The position numbers and the translations under genes are program-made. From positions 736,001-800,000 of the forward strand of contig CBDCMT010000001.1 of NCBI GenBank assembly GCA_965219095.1: 64,000 bases of DNA, read 5' to 3'. Below the pieces are notes generated by a model. It saw only the letters and a program-made list of their open reading frames with translations. It was not told the origin of the DNA and made no database searches. The stretch is from Bdellovibrionales bacterium (GTDB lineage Bacteria; Bdellovibrionota; Bdellovibrionia; Bdellovibrionales; UBA1609). Below are positions 61,870 through 64,000 of this stretch, in pieces. Position 1 is the stretch's first letter, and each line of letters starts with the position of its first letter.

Positions 61870-63274
61870 TACCAATTACAGAAATTAATTCGACATTTTT
61901 ATGTTCAAATTTAAAATTTTAAAATTGACTTAAGGAAAAGTTTCAATTAGGAGGCTTTAAAAAAGTTTTTTTTGAAGGGAGGTTGAGTTTTCATAAGATA
62001 TGTTTATTTTATGTATATCTATTGTTGTGTGAATCGATTGATGGGTTAAAATAAGTGTAAAAAAGTGAGGTTAAGATGTAAAATGAAAAAAATCAGTTAC
62101 GCAATTTAATTTATAGGTTCAAATTAATTTACAAGCTTGATTCATCTTGTTGTTTTGCCCAAGATCGAGTGCATAATTTTTTAATCCTGCCCTCCTGATC
62201 GCAAAAAGTATTCCAGGCCTCACAACAAGTATTCAGTATATGGTCATAGTTTTTAAAACATGCATTCGATAATTTGATCCTTCGTAATTGTTGCCAGACT
62301 TGTTCCATGGGATTTAATTCTGGACTATAAGGAGGTAAAGGCATCAGGGATAAATTCTTAGGAACTATCAAAGTCTCTGTGGTATGCCAACTGGCTCTGT
62401 CCATTAAAACAATTCCATGATAGTTTTCTTGAATATTTTTAGATATCTCATCTAAGTGAATTTGCATCATCCCTGAATTACATTCCGGTAAAATCCAAGC
62501 ACAGCCTTTATTTCTATCCGGACAAACTGCTCCAAAAATATAAGTGGATAAAAATTGTCTTTGCCTCACAACTCTAGGCCGTGTGCCTTTTCTTGCCCAA
62601 ATCCTGCTCAAAGAACCTTGCTGGCCTATTCTGCATTCATCCTGCCACCAAATCTCTATTTTATGAGTCTGAATCTTTTCCTTTATTTTCTCCACCTCTT
62701 CTGGAAAATGTTCCTTAAACTGTTCCATAGCTTCTTGTGAAGTTTTAGGATGAAGAGAACGACCACTGATCCATACAATATTAAGACGGTCTAAAAGAGC
62801 ATAAACCCCAGAAAGAGAATAGCAACAGTCAAATTCATTTGCTAAAAGTTCCTGTATTCCCTTTGCTCCTATGCTTCCTCCTTCTCTCTTGTCTTGAATT
62901 TCATCTAACTTGATTTTGAAGTTCTCTTCTTCTGTCACTGGTAAACGAGGCTTGCGCCCTCTGCCTTCTCGATCTATCAACCCCTCGTAATCAAAGTCTA
63001 CAAAAGACTGTAACCAGGATTTGATACTGTGACGGTGATAGAAAACTATACTTGCTGTTTCTTGAATCGATTTTCCTTCTTGCATATGCTGCAAAGCTTG
63101 GAGTTTTATCTTGATGTTGGCACTTCTTTCTACTTTGTAAGTAGCTAGAAAATCATACCCTTGAATTTGTGTAACTAAATCTTTTTTCGACACTCTAAAA
63201 ATTTAACAGAGTTTTATCAAAAAGCCAGGACGCTATGCGTTAAAAGAATGTCGAATTAATTTTTGGAAATGGTA
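61870..63274 (-). mobile_element. IS630-B, complete (transposase 62129-63193)
   Basis: WQDECRIG, MDRASWH, LPPYSPELNPMEQVW; imperfect IRs. Confidence 0.92.
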
Positions 63275-63336
63275 TAACTGCTCCTCTGTGAAAACCAAGC
63301 CTTCCTCTGCAGACTTCTTTTCTAAAGCTTTCAAAC

Positions 63337-63447
63337 GCTTTTTAAACTCTTCCGAGTACTGTTTTACTTTTTCCATTCTTTCTTTTACCTCCATTTTATG
63401 GAGACTTTAAGAGAAAATTGACTGTCCGCAGAAACAGGGGAAGTTCA
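63337..63447 (-). mobile_element. IS3 left-end fragment
   Basis: Identical to 61390-61500; joined to IS481 at GCTTTTTAAA. Confidence 0.88.
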
Positions 63448-64000
63448 GTCTCTAAATTATTTCTCAGCCAGACCCCTCTAACTCCTGCAGGAGAAATAAA
63501 AATTCCTTTTTTCCTTAACTCATTGGACGCTCTCAACTGTCCATAGGCAGGAAGTTCTATAGCGATCCTTAAACAAGCCTCTTCTGTCGTTTGATCAACT
63601 CTGTTTTTTAAATTAGGCTTTCTACGACTTTGCTCTCTTAATGATTCTAAACCTCCTTCCTCTTTGAGTGTCTTGTAACGATAAAATGTATCTCTTGAAA
63701 AGCCCATCACCTTACAAGCTTGAGATACATTGCCTAACTCTTCTGCTAATTGCAAAAGACCTACTTTTGATTTTATAATTCTTTCTTGATATGTCATTTT
63801 TGTTATCCTTTCTCCACCCTTTGGGGTGGTATTGTTTATTTAAAAGGGTAACCTCTTTTCATCTCTTTGACATTTCGAGACGTGTCAGATTAAGTTGCGA
63901 CTATTACATTTAAAAGCATTTTCTCCTCTTTCTTAGTTAAAAAGGACCTTTTAGGATTGTAATTGTCGTTGATTAAACACTCTATCCCGCCTTTGTTATA

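Larger units (their letters stand above)
59552..63908 (-). mobile_element. IS481 family element with duplicated right end; transposase split into 63448-63797, 63275-63346, 61501-61602 and 59724-60249
   Basis: TGT...ACA ends, TTTAAAA on both sides; QDTFYVG, TDRGTEF, TNGICERFH. Confidence 0.9.
58229..64000 (-). mobile_element. IS630-A copy in pieces (58229-58289, 59541-59551, 63909-64000) hosting nested IS elements
   Basis: Pieces join into the reverse complement of about 19398-19553. Confidence 0.8.

Noticed and set aside
700..62740. Many 60-140 aa ORFs antisense to or overlapping long genes
   Set aside because: Shadow ORFs without RBS or motifs, repeated only because the IS copies are repeated

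Overview
AT-rich bacterial chromosome segment. Gene content (DUF1844-DegP block, M48-like membrane protein, BspA LRR protein, very high IS load) suggests a Bdellovibrionota-like, possibly host-associated organism; this is inference only. (1) About 0.6-16.9 kb is an integrative element, all on the + strand, ending in a large serine recombinase whose ORF runs into the 3' end of tRNA-Pro(TGG). It carries a four-gene restriction-modification-like cluster (incomplete MTase, Eco57I-like MTase, GIY-YIG-RAMA nuclease, T5orf172-SF2 helicase). It also has a reduced conjugation module (VirB5/B6/B8/B10-like, VirD4, Replic_Relax protein, GC-rich hairpin) and a mini-GIY-YIG/Shedu/HNH-pseudogene cassette. 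(2) 17-64 kb holds host genes (porin, tRNA-Gln, nrdAB, DUF2064, zinc protease, DegP, EEP nuclease, queE, guanine deaminase, MTase, tnaA, pntAB) separated by nests of IS3, IS5, IS66, IS110, IS481, IS630, IS1634 and ISL3 elements. Many insertions have readable target-site duplications, and several families have collapsed to 48-146 bp mini-elements. Most notable: the RM-like cluster, the Replic_Relax ICE with the att site inside the integrase gene, a pair of inverted constant/variable glycine-rich genes flanking a 9 kb block, and a structured IS110 non-coding end. Family calls come from motif recognition only; no searches were run.
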